From: an uncultured Chloroflexia bacterium
GTDB taxonomy: Bacteria > Chloroflexota > Limnocylindria > Limnocylindrales > CSP1-4
DNA: 64,000 bases
Assembly: GCA_963720755.1 (NCBI GenBank)
Contig: CAVRGP010000011.1
Location: 768,001 to 832,000, forward strand
Direction: 5' to 3'
Below, in pieces: positions 40,992 to 51,144 of this stretch. Below the pieces are notes generated by a model. It did no database searches, had not been told where the DNA came from, and saw only the letters and a list, made by a program, of their open reading frames with translations. The position numbers and the translations under genes are program-made. Positions within the stretch are counted from its first letter, which is position 1, and each line of letters starts with the position of its first letter.

Positions 40992-41444
40992 ATGCCCGAT
41001 ATCGACTTCGCCTTCCTCGCCGATGCCGCCGAGACGGTCCCAGGCCAGAAGTTCCACGTCCTCGGCGGTGGGGTCGCCCGGATCGGGGGCCGACGGTTCC
41101 CGCTTCGGCACCCGCACCTCGCGCTGGTCATCGGGCTGCAGGTGACATCCCCGGAGACCGATCGCGAGCACGAGATCCGGTTCGTGCTGCTGGATCCGGA
41201 CGGCGGCGAGGTCGCCGGGGCGACGGGGAGCCTGAAGGCGCGCAGCCAGCACGATGCCCGCGATGCTGTCCTGACCTTCTCGATCGACCTCTGGAACCTG
41301 ACCTTCCCGGCGCCCGGCGACTATTCGTTCCGGATCCTGGTGAACGGGTCCGAGCGCAAGCGGCTGCCCCTGCTGCTCGTGGCGCCGCCGGACAAGGCCG
41401 ACGGCGGCGTCGGCATCCTTGGAACCAAGCCGGCGGATGACTGA
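40992..41444 (+). CDS. Hypothetical protein, DUF6941-like
   Basis: FAFLADAA....GQKFHVLGGG start and FPAPGDYSFRILVNG motif. Confidence 0.65.
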   Translation: MPDIDFAFLADAAETVPGQKFHVLGGGVARIGGRRFPLRHPHLALVIGLQVTSPETDREHEIRFVLLDPDGGEVAGATGSLKARSQHDARDAVLTFSIDLWNLTFPAPGDYSFRILVNGSERKRLPLLLVAPPDKADGGVGILGTKPADD

Positions 41445-41450
41445 GCACGG

Positions 41451-41807
41451 ATGACCGACGGACGATCCGTCGGGGCGCCGCGCCGGGCACCGCGTCACGA
41501 ATACCCCGCCATCGACGATCTCGGTCTTGCAGCCGCGCGGCTGGCCGATCGGCTCCTGGGCGCCGCCCGCGAGATCGGGTCCGATCGCTGGATCGCGTAC
41601 CTCGAGCCCTTGCCGGACCACCTGCGCGATGACGAGCCGATCGCCCTGCGCACGACGGCGATCCGCTGCCGAGCGGCGTACGGGGTCAAGGACTCGATCC
41701 GCGATGTCCTGCCGGCCGAGTTGACCGAGCCATTCCTCGACGCGGTCGACCGGCTCCTCAGGGAGCTGAACCGGGCGCGGGCCGCAGACCGAGCTCTGCA
41801 GGACTGA
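41451..41807 (+). CDS. Hypothetical helical protein
   Basis: 118 aa ORF with normal high-GC codon use directly after the DUF6941-like gene. Confidence 0.55.
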   Translation: MTDGRSVGAPRRAPRHEYPAIDDLGLAAARLADRLLGAAREIGSDRWIAYLEPLPDHLRDDEPIALRTTAIRCRAAYGVKDSIRDVLPAELTEPFLDAVDRLLRELNRARAADRALQD

Positions 41808-43389
41808 ACGCCTCGAGCAGGAACGGCGATGGGACCGCCGGATCGTACAGGAGGACCAACGACCGACGGGCGCGGGTCCAGGCGACGTAGCCGAGCCGTC
41901 GTTCCTCTTCCAGGGCGCGGATGGGATCCTCGGCCTGGCTGACGGCTCGGGCACTCGGGAAGCGGCCAGCCTCCATACCGACGACCAGGACGTGGTCGAA
42001 TTCGAGCCCCTTGGTGGCGTGGGCGGTGGCCAGGGTCAACGGTGCGTCATCGCGACGGAGATCGGCCAGGCGGGCTCGGGTGTCCTCGATGGCGTCGACG
42101 AGGCTTTCGAGATCCGGATGGCCGATCGCCCAGCCGAGGAGCGCGGTCGTCAGCTCTCGTCGCGCGCCATCGGTTCCGGCGGCGTCGCGCACGGCCCCAA
42201 CCACGGCAAGCGTCGGGAGCCCCGGCGCCGACGTCGCCACGGACCGAGCCTGCCCCAGCACCTCGTCGAGCAAGGGCGACTCGACGAGCAATTCGATCCG
42301 GGGCGCCCGGAATGGAAGACCGAGCAGCAGCGCGACCACGACGGCGGGAAGCAGTTCACGGTTGGTCCGAGCCAGGATCGCGCGGGTGGAGTCGTCATCC
42401 GGCCACGACCGCACCACTCGCTCGACGCGGACCGTTTCGTCCGCCGGGTCGGGCGCGAGGATCAGGTGCCCGGCCGATGACGGGCCGGCCCGGATCGTCT
42501 TCGCGAAACGCTCGTCGTTGTGTTCGACCAGGCGGACGGCACGTTCGACCACGGGGCGTGGGCAGCGGTAATTGACTTCGAGATCGACCCGCTTGAGTCC
42601 GGGCAGCAACGCTTCCAGGCGGAGGATCCGGCGCACGTCGGCCAGACGCCAACCGTAGATCGACTGGTCGTCGTCGCCGACCAGGAAGATCCGGTTCGCC
42701 GGGGCCGCCAACAGCAGCGCCAGCCGGAGTTGGGCCCGATCGACGTCCTGGACCTCATCGACGAGGAGTTCGGTGCAGTGCGTGCGCCAGCGGCGAAGGA
42801 GGGCGTCGTCGCGTTCGAGACGGTCGATCGCCCGGAGGATCAGGTCGTCGAAGTCGAGGCCGCCGGATGCCGCGATCGCCGCCTCATAGTCGACGAAGGC
42901 CCGGGCCATCGGGCCGGCGTCGGGGTCGGCGGCGACGTCGGCTGCGGTCACGCCGAGCTCGACCTTGAGACGCGACACGACGGTGTCGAGGCGGAGGAGG
43001 GCGGGTTCATCGGCCCACGGGGCGACCTCGGCCAGGATCGCCGCGCGATCGGCCAGGGGATCCACCGGCACGCCGGCATCCCGAAGGATCTCGCGCCCGA
43101 GCGCGTGGAAGGTCCGGACCCGGACGGCGCCCGGATCGACGCCGAGCGGGTCGACCGCCGCATCGAGTCGCTCGGTCATCTCGACCGCCGCCCGCTTGTT
43201 GAACGTGATCGCCCGGATCTGTTCCGGGGGCGTGCCGCCATCGATCAGCCAAGCCGCCCGGGCCACGAGGGTCGTGGTTTTGCCCGATCCGGCGGGCGCG
43301 ATACACAACGCCGGCCCGGGCGGTGACGTCGCGGCGGCCCGCTGGTCCGGCGCCAGGCGAGCGAGCCGATCGGTGACCGCAGGGTGCAT
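41758..43389 (-). CDS. Compact UvrD/Rep/PcrA-family (SF1A) helicase
   Basis: APAGSGKTT, TFNKRAA, TFHALG, VDEVQD, VGDDDQSIYGWR, NYRC, TAHATKGLEF, EEERRLGYVAWTRAR. Confidence 0.9.
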   Translation of the reverse strand: MHPAVTDRLARLAPDQRAAATSPPGPALCIAPAGSGKTTTLVARAAWLIDGGTPPEQIRAITFNKRAAVEMTERLDAAVDPLGVDPGAVRVRTFHALGREILRDAGVPVDPLADRAAILAEVAPWADEPALLRLDTVVSRLKVELGVTAADVAADPDAGPMARAFVDYEAAIAASGGLDFDDLILRAIDRLERDDALLRRWRTHCTELLVDEVQDVDRAQLRLALLLAAPANRIFLVGDDDQSIYGWRLADVRRILRLEALLPGLKRVDLEVNYRCPRPVVERAVRLVEHNDERFAKTIRAGPSSAGHLILAPDPADETVRVERVVRSWPDDDSTRAILARTNRELLPAVVVALLLGLPFRAPRIELLVESPLLDEVLGQARSVATSAPGLPTLAVVGAVRDAAGTDGARRELTTALLGWAIGHPDLESLVDAIEDTRARLADLRRDDAPLTLATAHATKGLEFDHVLVVGMEAGRFPSARAVSQAEDPIRALEEERRLGYVAWTRARRSLVLLYDPAVPSPFLLEAFSPAELGLRPAPGSAP

Positions 43390-43451
43390 CGTCGGATCGT
43401 CGCTGACAGCCCTCATCCGCGGATCACCCGTGCTTGCCGTAGCATCGAGAT

Positions 43452-45302
43452 GTGACCCCCGAACTCCAGTCAGCCCTGGCCCGACTCCCCGACAAACCCG
43501 GCGTCTACCTGATGAAGGACGTCCGCGGCGATGTCGTCTACGTCGGCAAGGCCCAGAGCCTGCGGAGCCGCGTCCGGAGCTACTGGCAGAAGCAGGCGCC
43601 CGGTGGCGAGATCCATCGCATTCGGAGCGTCATCGACAAGGTCGTCGACGTCGAGGTCACCCAGACGGATTCGGTCTCGGAGGCGTTGCTCCTCGAGGCC
43701 AACCTGATCAAGCGGTATCGACCGCGGTTCAACGTCCGCCTCAAGGACGACAAGAGCTATCCCTACATCAAGGTGACCCTGAGCGACGACTTCCCGCGGG
43801 TCGAGCGCACCCGCAAGCTCGTCAACGACGGCAGTCGCTACTTCGGTCCGTACGCATCCGCCTCGAGCGTCGACGAATCGATGAATCTCGTGCGCCGCCT
43901 GTTCCCGTTCCGGACCTGCACGATCGACATCACCGACGGCGTCCGCGCGCTGCAACGGCCGTGCCTCCTGTATCACATCAAGCGCTGCCAGGGTCCCTGC
44001 ATCACGGCCATCGGCAAGGCCGACTATCGGGCCGACATCGACCAGGTCGAACTCTTCCTCGAGGGACGCCAGGAGACCCTGGTCAGGGCTCTTCGGTCGG
44101 AAATGGCCGCTGCCGCCGAACGGACCGACTACGAGCGTGCGGCCGTCCTGCGCGACAAGATCCGGGCCATCGAGCGGACGATGGAGAGCCAGAAGATGGC
44201 CGCCTTCGCGAAGACCGAGCTCGACCTGCTCGGCATGGCCCGGCAGGATAACCAGGCGGCGATCCAGCTGTTCGTGATCCGCGATGGGCAGATGATCGGT
44301 CGCGACGTCTTCCTGCTGGACGCGGCCCGGGACGCCTCCGATGACGAGGTGCTGTCCAGTTTCCTCGAGCAGTACTACGCTCGGGCCGGGTCGATCCCGC
44401 GTGAGGTCTACGTCCCTGCCGGCATCGAGGACGGGCCAGATGTGGAGGCATTCCTCGCGGACCGGCGGGGCGGACCCGTTCACCTGCGGGTCCCCGTTCG
44501 CGGCGAGAAGCGGGAACTCCTCGCCCTCGCCACCCGGAACGCGACCGAGACGCTGGCCCGGGAACAGGCCCGCTGGCTGGCCGACCAGGGCAAGACGCTG
44601 GCCGCCCTCGAGGAATTGGCCGATGCGCTCGGACTGGCCGGCCCGCCCCTGCGCATCGAGTGCTATGACATCAGCAACTTCCAGGGGGCCGAGTCGGTCG
44701 GCAGCATGGTCGTGTTCGAAGACGGGAAGCCGCGTTCCGGTGAGTACCGCCGGTTCCGGATCAAGACCGTCACCGGCGCGAACGATTTCGCCAGCCACCA
44801 GGAGGTCCTCAGGCGGCGATTCCGCAACGCCCGGCACGGTGAGGAAGGGGTGGAGGAGGCGCGGCGCTGGGCCATGCCCGATCTCGTCATCGTCGACGGC
44901 GGCAAGGGCCAGGTCAGCGCGGCAAAGGCCGTGCTCGACGAACTCGGCCTTCACGACCTGCCGATGGCCGGCCTGGCGAAGGAACGGGAGGAGTTGTTCC
45001 TCCCTGGCGAGACGGAGCCGATCCTCCTCCCGACGACCTCGCCGGCGCTCTACCTGGTCCAGCGCCTTCGCGACGAGGCCCATCGTTTCGCGATCACCTA
45101 TCACCGCAACCTGCGGGCAAAGCGCAGCGTCCGCTCGGGCTTCGACGACCTCCCCGGGGTGGGGGCGAAGCGCAAACGGGAGTTGCTCAAGGTCTTCGGA
45201 TCGATCAAGCGGGTCCGGGATGCACCTGTCGAGCAGATCGCCGCCGTCCCGGGGATCGGGCCATCGCTGGCAGCGAAGATCAAGGCGAATCTCGAGGCCT
45301 GA
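43452..45302 (+). CDS. uvrC: Excinuclease ABC subunit C
   Basis: PGVYLM..YVGKA GIY-YIG, IECYDIS, DGGKGQ, RDEAHRFA, HhH. Confidence 0.97.
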   Translation: MTPELQSALARLPDKPGVYLMKDVRGDVVYVGKAQSLRSRVRSYWQKQAPGGEIHRIRSVIDKVVDVEVTQTDSVSEALLLEANLIKRYRPRFNVRLKDDKSYPYIKVTLSDDFPRVERTRKLVNDGSRYFGPYASASSVDESMNLVRRLFPFRTCTIDITDGVRALQRPCLLYHIKRCQGPCITAIGKADYRADIDQVELFLEGRQETLVRALRSEMAAAAERTDYERAAVLRDKIRAIERTMESQKMAAFAKTELDLLGMARQDNQAAIQLFVIRDGQMIGRDVFLLDAARDASDDEVLSSFLEQYYARAGSIPREVYVPAGIEDGPDVEAFLADRRGGPVHLRVPVRGEKRELLALATRNATETLAREQARWLADQGKTLAALEELADALGLAGPPLRIECYDISNFQGAESVGSMVVFEDGKPRSGEYRRFRIKTVTGANDFASHQEVLRRRFRNARHGEEGVEEARRWAMPDLVIVDGGKGQVSAAKAVLDELGLHDLPMAGLAKEREELFLPGETEPILLPTTSPALYLVQRLRDEAHRFAITYHRNLRAKRSVRSGFDDLPGVGAKRKRELLKVFGSIKRVRDAPVEQIAAVPGIGPSLAAKIKANLEA

Positions 45303-45481
45303 GCGCACGACCCGGTGCCACCTCCCTCCCGGCTCCGTGTCGAGTTCTTCACCATTCCCTTGACCCCATCGCTACCGCCGGACGGTAGGGTGATGGGGAT
45401 CGACCCGATGGGTGGTCGAATGCCCGAGGAACCTTGCCCAGATGTACCCTCACGCCCAAGACCCTGTAACATCCCGCCTCG

Positions 45482-46843
45482 ATGCGTAAAGCCGGTCCGA
45501 TCCTGATCCTGCTCATCGGTATCTTCGCCCTGGCCATCGATTTCGTGCCCGGGCTCCAGTTGCCGGACTCGTCGAGCACTGATGGCGTCTGGCGGACGGT
45601 CGAGACGAAACTCGGCCTCGACCTGTCGGGCGGGCTGCGGGTCGAGTACCAGGCCCAGCCGGTCGATGGCAAATCGCCGAGCGCCGGTGACATGGCGGTC
45701 ATCAAGGACATCGTCGAGCGCCGCGTCAACACCACGGGTGTCTCCGAACCCGTCGTGACCACCCAGGGTTCGGACCGCGTGGTCGTCGAACTCCCGGGCG
45801 TCACGGATCCGGAAGCGGTGCGCAAGCTGGTCGGGACGACCGGCCGCCTCGACTTCGTGCCGCTCGGTCAGACCCAGGTGTCCGAGGGTCAGATCCTTGA
45901 CCTTGTGAAGTACCCGCCCTCCTTCAGTGGCGACCAGGTCTCGTCGGCCACCGTCGGCACGGACACGAACGGCCGTCCAGCCGTCGACTTCGTGCTCAAG
46001 GATGAGGGCCGCGCCAAGTTCGCCGAATACACCAAGGACCATATCGGCGACTACTTCGCGATCACCCTGGATGGGACGGTCATCTCCGCACCCGTCATCC
46101 AGAACTCCATCCCGAACGGCAATGTCCAGATCACCGGCGGCGGGTTGTCCGGCTTCACCGCCCAGGCGGCGACCCAGCTCGTCACCGTCCTCAAGTTCGG
46201 CTCGCTGCCGTTCCCGATCACGGCTCTGTCGAGCGAGACCATCAGCGCGACCCTCGGCACCCAGTTCCTTGTCCAGACGGTGATCGCCGGTCTGATCGGC
46301 ATCTCCCTCGTCTTCGCCTTCATGCTCATCTACTACCGGCTGCCCGGAGCGGTTGCGAGCTTCGCCCTGATCTACTACACGATCGTGATGTACGCGATCT
46401 TCCGGCTCATCCCGGTGACCCTCACCCTGGCAGGGATCGCTGGCTTCGTGCTCTCGGTGGGCATGGCGGTCGATGCCAATATCCTCATCTTCGAACGGAT
46501 GAAGGAAGAGCTGCGGGTCGGGAAGTCGTTGCCGGCCGCGGTCGAGGCCGGCTTCAACCGAGCCTGGAACTCGATCCTCGACTCGAACGTGTCGAGCCTG
46601 ATCACGGCGACCATCCTGTATGCCTTCGGTTCGTCGGTCATCCGCGGGTTCGCCCTGGTCCTGATCATCGGCGTCCTCGTCTCGATGTTCAGCGCGATCG
46701 TCGTCACCCGCACGATCCTGCGCTGGATGGTCCGACGGGAATGGGCTCGGAAGCCGTCGTTGTACGGCATGCGCGATGACGAATTCGTCGCCCTCGGGGC
46801 CATCCGACCGAGCTCCCGACGCGAGGCGCGCGGGCGTGTTTGA
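45482..46843 (+). CDS. secD: Protein translocase subunit SecD
   Basis: LGLDLSGG, GVSEP, GMAVDANILIFER, DSNV. Confidence 0.96.
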   Translation: MRKAGPILILLIGIFALAIDFVPGLQLPDSSSTDGVWRTVETKLGLDLSGGLRVEYQAQPVDGKSPSAGDMAVIKDIVERRVNTTGVSEPVVTTQGSDRVVVELPGVTDPEAVRKLVGTTGRLDFVPLGQTQVSEGQILDLVKYPPSFSGDQVSSATVGTDTNGRPAVDFVLKDEGRAKFAEYTKDHIGDYFAITLDGTVISAPVIQNSIPNGNVQITGGGLSGFTAQAATQLVTVLKFGSLPFPITALSSETISATLGTQFLVQTVIAGLIGISLVFAFMLIYYRLPGAVASFALIYYTIVMYAIFRLIPVTLTLAGIAGFVLSVGMAVDANILIFERMKEELRVGKSLPAAVEAGFNRAWNSILDSNVSSLITATILYAFGSSVIRGFALVLIIGVLVSMFSAIVVTRTILRWMVRREWARKPSLYGMRDDEFVALGAIRPSSRREARGRV

Positions 46844-48095
46844 TGTCATCGGGAAACGGCGCTGGTTCTATCTCCTCTCGCTCGCCGTCACCATCCCGGG
46901 CCTCTTCTTCATCCTGCTGACCCCGTTCACGGACGCGGGCCTGCAGTTCACCATCGATTACACCGGTGGGACGAAGTGGGAGATCCGGTTCGAGGACGCG
47001 TCCGTCACTCCCGACCAGGTCGAAGAAGTCTTCGCCAAACACGGGCTGGCAGCCGTCGCGGTCAGCACCGGTTCCGGCTTCATCGAGATCAAGACGGTCA
47101 AGCTGACCGACCTTGCACCGGCTCCGTCGCCGACCCCGGTCGCCACGTTGCCGACCGCCTCGGGTTCGCCCGGAGCGAGTGCCTCGTCGGCGGCCAGCGC
47201 AGCCCCGACGGCCAGTCCCGCGCCGAGCGCGAGCGCAGCTCCGACCTCGGGCGCGAGCGCCAGCCCGGGCTCGTCAGCGAGTGCCTCGACGGCGCCCAGC
47301 GCCTCTCCGAGTCCGATCCCGAGTGCCAGCGCGTCGCCGAGCCCAAGCGCCGCTCCGAGCGGTAGCGTCGCGCCGTCGGCCTCGCCTTCACTCCCGCCGG
47401 TTGCGTCGGGGAATACGAAGATCCCCACGGAAGGCACCCTCGGTACGATCGCGGCTGCGCTCGAAACCGAACTCGGACCGATCGCCGAACAACGCAGCCT
47501 GACGACCATCGGTGCCGTCGTGAGCAGCGACCTGATCAGCCAGGCCCTGGTGCTCATCCTGGTCGGATCGATCGGGATCCTGGCCTGGATCACTTACCGC
47601 TTCCGAGACGTCAAGTTCGGCGTCGCGGCCCTCGTCGCGCTCCTCCATGACGTGATCGTCGTCCTCGGGATCTTCGCGATCCTGGGCACGTTCTTCAACG
47701 TCGAGATCGATGCCCTGTTCGTGACGGCCATGCTGACCGTGATCGGCTTCAGTGTCCACGACACCATCGTCGTCTTCGATCGCATCCGCGAGAACAAGGC
47801 GCGCCACGCCGGCGAGCCGTTCGCCGCTATCGTCAACCACTCGATCCTGCAGACCTTCGGCCGTTCGATCATGACCAGCCTGACCGTCGTGCTGACCCTG
47901 CTCGCCCTGCTCCTGTTCGGTGGGGCCGCGATCAGCGACTTCGTGCTGGCGCTGCTCCTCGGGATCATCTCGGGCACGTACTCGTCGATCTTCGTGGCCA
48001 GTCCATTGCTGGTCGACTGGCAGCTCTGGGACGACCGGCGTCATGGTCGCGTGGCCACGGCGAGGACGCCGCGCGTCCGCCACACCGCGACCTGA
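46836..48095 (+). CDS. secF: Protein translocase subunit SecF with Ser/Pro/Ala-rich insertion
   Basis: IDYTGGT, ALLHDV, GFSVHDTIVVFDRIREN, GTYSSIFVA. Confidence 0.95.
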   Translation: MFDVIGKRRWFYLLSLAVTIPGLFFILLTPFTDAGLQFTIDYTGGTKWEIRFEDASVTPDQVEEVFAKHGLAAVAVSTGSGFIEIKTVKLTDLAPAPSPTPVATLPTASGSPGASASSAASAAPTASPAPSASAAPTSGASASPGSSASASTAPSASPSPIPSASASPSPSAAPSGSVAPSASPSLPPVASGNTKIPTEGTLGTIAAALETELGPIAEQRSLTTIGAVVSSDLISQALVLILVGSIGILAWITYRFRDVKFGVAALVALLHDVIVVLGIFAILGTFFNVEIDALFVTAMLTVIGFSVHDTIVVFDRIRENKARHAGEPFAAIVNHSILQTFGRSIMTSLTVVLTLLALLLFGGAAISDFVLALLLGIISGTYSSIFVASPLLVDWQLWDDRRHGRVATARTPRVRHTAT

Positions 48096-48154
48096 GGTCG
48101 TGGCACGAAGCCTCGATGGATCCGCGGTGCAGCGCTCCGTGGCATCCTGACGAC

Positions 48155-49921
48155 GTGATCGAGCCTCGTTTTCGGTGGACGTTCCCGGCACCGGCCAGCG
48201 AGGCGACACCGACCACCGATACTGCCCAGGCGCATGGGATCACCGCCCGACTCGCCGGCTTGCTGGCAGCGCGCGGGGCCACGTCGGACGATGACCTGAC
48301 CGCCTGGTTCGGGGACCCGATGGACGGCCTCCACGATCCATCGGCCCTGCCCGATGCGGCCATCGTCCTCGACCGGATGCGGCGGGCGCGATCGGCCGGC
48401 GAGCGGGTCCAGGTCTTCGGAGACTTCGATGCCGACGGCCTGACCGGGCTGGCCATCATGACCATCGCGCTGCGCCGCTTCGGTGTCGCCGTGGAACCGT
48501 ATGTCCCGAGTCGCCTCGAGGAGGGACATGGGCTGTCGATGGCCGCGGTCGATGCCGCGGTCGCAGCCGGTGCATCCGTGATCGTCACCGTAGATTGCGG
48601 TACGACGAGCGTCGCAGAGATCGCCGAGGCGAATACCCGGGGCCTGGACGTGATCGTCACGGACCATCACCGCGTGCCGCCCGTCCTCCCGGCGGCCCTC
48701 GCGATCGTCAATCCGCACCGAACGGATTCCACCTATCCGGATCGTCGACTGGCCGGGAGTGGCGTCGCCTTCAAGGTCGCCCAGCTCCTGCTCGCGGACG
48801 AACCAGGCGGCCCAACCGCGGCCCTTGGGCTTGCCGATCTGGCCACCATCGGCAGCGTGGCGGACGTGGCCCCGGTCATCGGCGAGAACCGCTCGATCGC
48901 TCGGATCGGGCTCGCGTTGTTGCAGACCACCCCGCGCCCCGGGATCGCCGCATTGCTCGAACGCGCCCGCACGGCCCCGTCGGCGGTGGATCTCGAGACC
49001 GTCTCGTTCGCGATCGCCCCGCGGCTCAACGCGGCCGGTCGGGTCGGCGAGGCGATGGCGGCCGCCAGACTCCTGCTGGCCGAGGACCCGGTCGACGCGG
49101 CAGTCCATGCCGACGCGTTGGAGTCCGCCAACCTGACGCGCCGCGACCTGATGAAGTCAGCCGTGACGGAAGCGCGGGTCGCCGTGGAGAACGACGACCC
49201 CGGGGCGGCCGCCACGGTCGTTCGGGGCCCCTGGTCGGTCGGGATCGTCGGGCTGGTCGCCGCCCGTCTCGTCGACGATCGTGGCCGGCCGGCCGTCGTC
49301 GGGTCCGACCTCGGGGACGTTGTCCGGGCCTCGTGTCGGAGCGACGGCTCGATGGATCTTGGCGCGGCACTGGAGCGCTGCGGCGATCTGTTCGTCCGGT
49401 TCGGCGGACATGCCGGCGCTGCCGGGTTCGAGATCCGGACGGATCGATGGGACGAATTCCAGGCGCGCTTCCTGGAACTGGCGGCTGCGTCGTCGCCACC
49501 AGATCCTCGGCGATCGATCGCGATCGACCTTGCCCTGCCGGCACGGGATGTGGATTACGGGCTCTATCGAGAGCTCGCCGGCCTGGCCCCGTGTGGTCCG
49601 GGGAACCCCGATCCGCTCGTGGCGGTGCTCGGGCTCACCGTGACCCGGGTTCGCGCCGCGACGGGCGGTCACAGCCAGTTGACCCTGCGGCGCGATCGGG
49701 ATGTCCTCGATGGCATCGCCTTCGGGCGCGCGGACATCGCCGAAGTCGTCCATGAAGGCGACCGGCTGGACGTTGTCGCCCGGCTGACCAGCCGGCACTT
49801 CGGAGGGTTCGAGTCGCTCCAGCTGGACATCCGGGACGTCGCCTCGTCCGGCAGCCACCCGGCGGCGGCCGCGATCCTCGGGTCGCCGGCTGCGCCGCTC
49901 CTCGCCGGGCTGGCCTCGTGA
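48155..49921 (+). CDS. recJ: Single-stranded-DNA exonuclease RecJ
   Basis: GDFDADG, VTVDCG, TDHH, APRLNAAGR, GGHAGAAG. Confidence 0.93.
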   Translation: MIEPRFRWTFPAPASEATPTTDTAQAHGITARLAGLLAARGATSDDDLTAWFGDPMDGLHDPSALPDAAIVLDRMRRARSAGERVQVFGDFDADGLTGLAIMTIALRRFGVAVEPYVPSRLEEGHGLSMAAVDAAVAAGASVIVTVDCGTTSVAEIAEANTRGLDVIVTDHHRVPPVLPAALAIVNPHRTDSTYPDRRLAGSGVAFKVAQLLLADEPGGPTAALGLADLATIGSVADVAPVIGENRSIARIGLALLQTTPRPGIAALLERARTAPSAVDLETVSFAIAPRLNAAGRVGEAMAAARLLLAEDPVDAAVHADALESANLTRRDLMKSAVTEARVAVENDDPGAAATVVRGPWSVGIVGLVAARLVDDRGRPAVVGSDLGDVVRASCRSDGSMDLGAALERCGDLFVRFGGHAGAAGFEIRTDRWDEFQARFLELAAASSPPDPRRSIAIDLALPARDVDYGLYRELAGLAPCGPGNPDPLVAVLGLTVTRVRAATGGHSQLTLRRDRDVLDGIAFGRADIAEVVHEGDRLDVVARLTSRHFGGFESLQLDIRDVASSGSHPAAAAILGSPAAPLLAGLAS

Positions 49922-51144
49922 ACCGCTCGGTGGCGCCCCGCTCGATGGATCGGTGGCTGGCGCCCGCCTTGTCCGTGATCGGGCTCATCATCGTTGCCCT
50001 CGTCACCCTGAGCCTCCTCAACGGCAGCGTCCCATTCGTGGGCGGCACCACCGGGACCGGCAACGATCCGGGCGGCGCCATCGGCGACGGGACCGGCGTC
50101 GATACCCAGACGCCGACGCCCTCGAATATCGTCGTCGTCCCCGATGTGGCCGACACCATCCCCGGGTCGATCGTCTACGCGAAGGCCGGCAATATCTGGG
50201 TCCAGACGGGCAAGTCCGCCCACCAGGTGACGACCGGTGGAAACGACTCGATGCCGTCATGGGCTCCCGACGGTCAGTCGATCTACTTCATCCGGACCGT
50301 CGACGACACCGGCCGTTGGCCGGCTGGCGGCGTCCTCCGTGACTACCAGATGAGCGTGCCCTCGGTGATGCAGATCCCGGCCGACGGCAGCGGGAACGCG
50401 GTGCGCGTGCTCAACGGCAAGGTCAAGATCGGCGGGAACACCTGGCACGCCTGGATCCGACAGCCGGTCCTCTCTCCGGATGGCCACACGCTCGCGATCG
50501 TGTCCGACCGACCGAACCCCTCGCAGAGCGACGTCATCCTCCAGTTCTACGACATCGATTCGGGCAAGTCGCTCATTCCCAACCTGCCCGAAACGGCCCC
50601 GCTCGGGCACCAGGACCCGGCCTGGCGTCCCGACGGCAAGTTCCTGCTGTATGTGCGGAACGATCGGAACGGCGCGAAGGGCGCGGCGGTCATCTACCGC
50701 TGGGACGTGACCAAAGGCAAGGCCACGCCATTCACCACGGCCGGCTACATCGAGCCCGCCTATTCCCCGGACGGTCGGTACGTGGCGGCGACCAAGACCA
50801 CCAGTTTCGGCAGTGACGTGGTCATCCTCGATGCCGGATCCGGCCGCGAGCTGATGCGCGTCACGAGTGACGGCTCATCGTGGTCTCCGGTCTGGTCGCC
50901 CGTCGGCGATTCGATCGCCTTCCTGCACCTTCGGGGCCAGATCGTCGATCTCAAGCTGGCCCAACTCGACGGCATCGGGCCGAACTGGACCGTCAAGGAC
51001 GTGATCGACTTGACCGAAGCCTCTGGGTTGGACGGAGATTCACGACCTCACTGGTTCGTCCCGCCGGACCAGCTGCCGACACCGACGCCGACGCCGATCC
51101 CGGCCGTCACGGCCTCGCCCGACACGTCGACGACACCGCAATGA
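49918..51144 (+). CDS. Membrane-anchored TolB/PD40-repeat beta-propeller protein
   Basis: N-terminal TM helix; repeated PSWAPDG, PVLSPDG, PAWRPDG, PAYSPDG, PVWSPVG. Confidence 0.8.
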   Translation: MNRSVAPRSMDRWLAPALSVIGLIIVALVTLSLLNGSVPFVGGTTGTGNDPGGAIGDGTGVDTQTPTPSNIVVVPDVADTIPGSIVYAKAGNIWVQTGKSAHQVTTGGNDSMPSWAPDGQSIYFIRTVDDTGRWPAGGVLRDYQMSVPSVMQIPADGSGNAVRVLNGKVKIGGNTWHAWIRQPVLSPDGHTLAIVSDRPNPSQSDVILQFYDIDSGKSLIPNLPETAPLGHQDPAWRPDGKFLLYVRNDRNGAKGAAVIYRWDVTKGKATPFTTAGYIEPAYSPDGRYVAATKTTSFGSDVVILDAGSGRELMRVTSDGSSWSPVWSPVGDSIAFLHLRGQIVDLKLAQLDGIGPNWTVKDVIDLTEASGLDGDSRPHWFVPPDQLPTPTPTPIPAVTASPDTSTTPQ

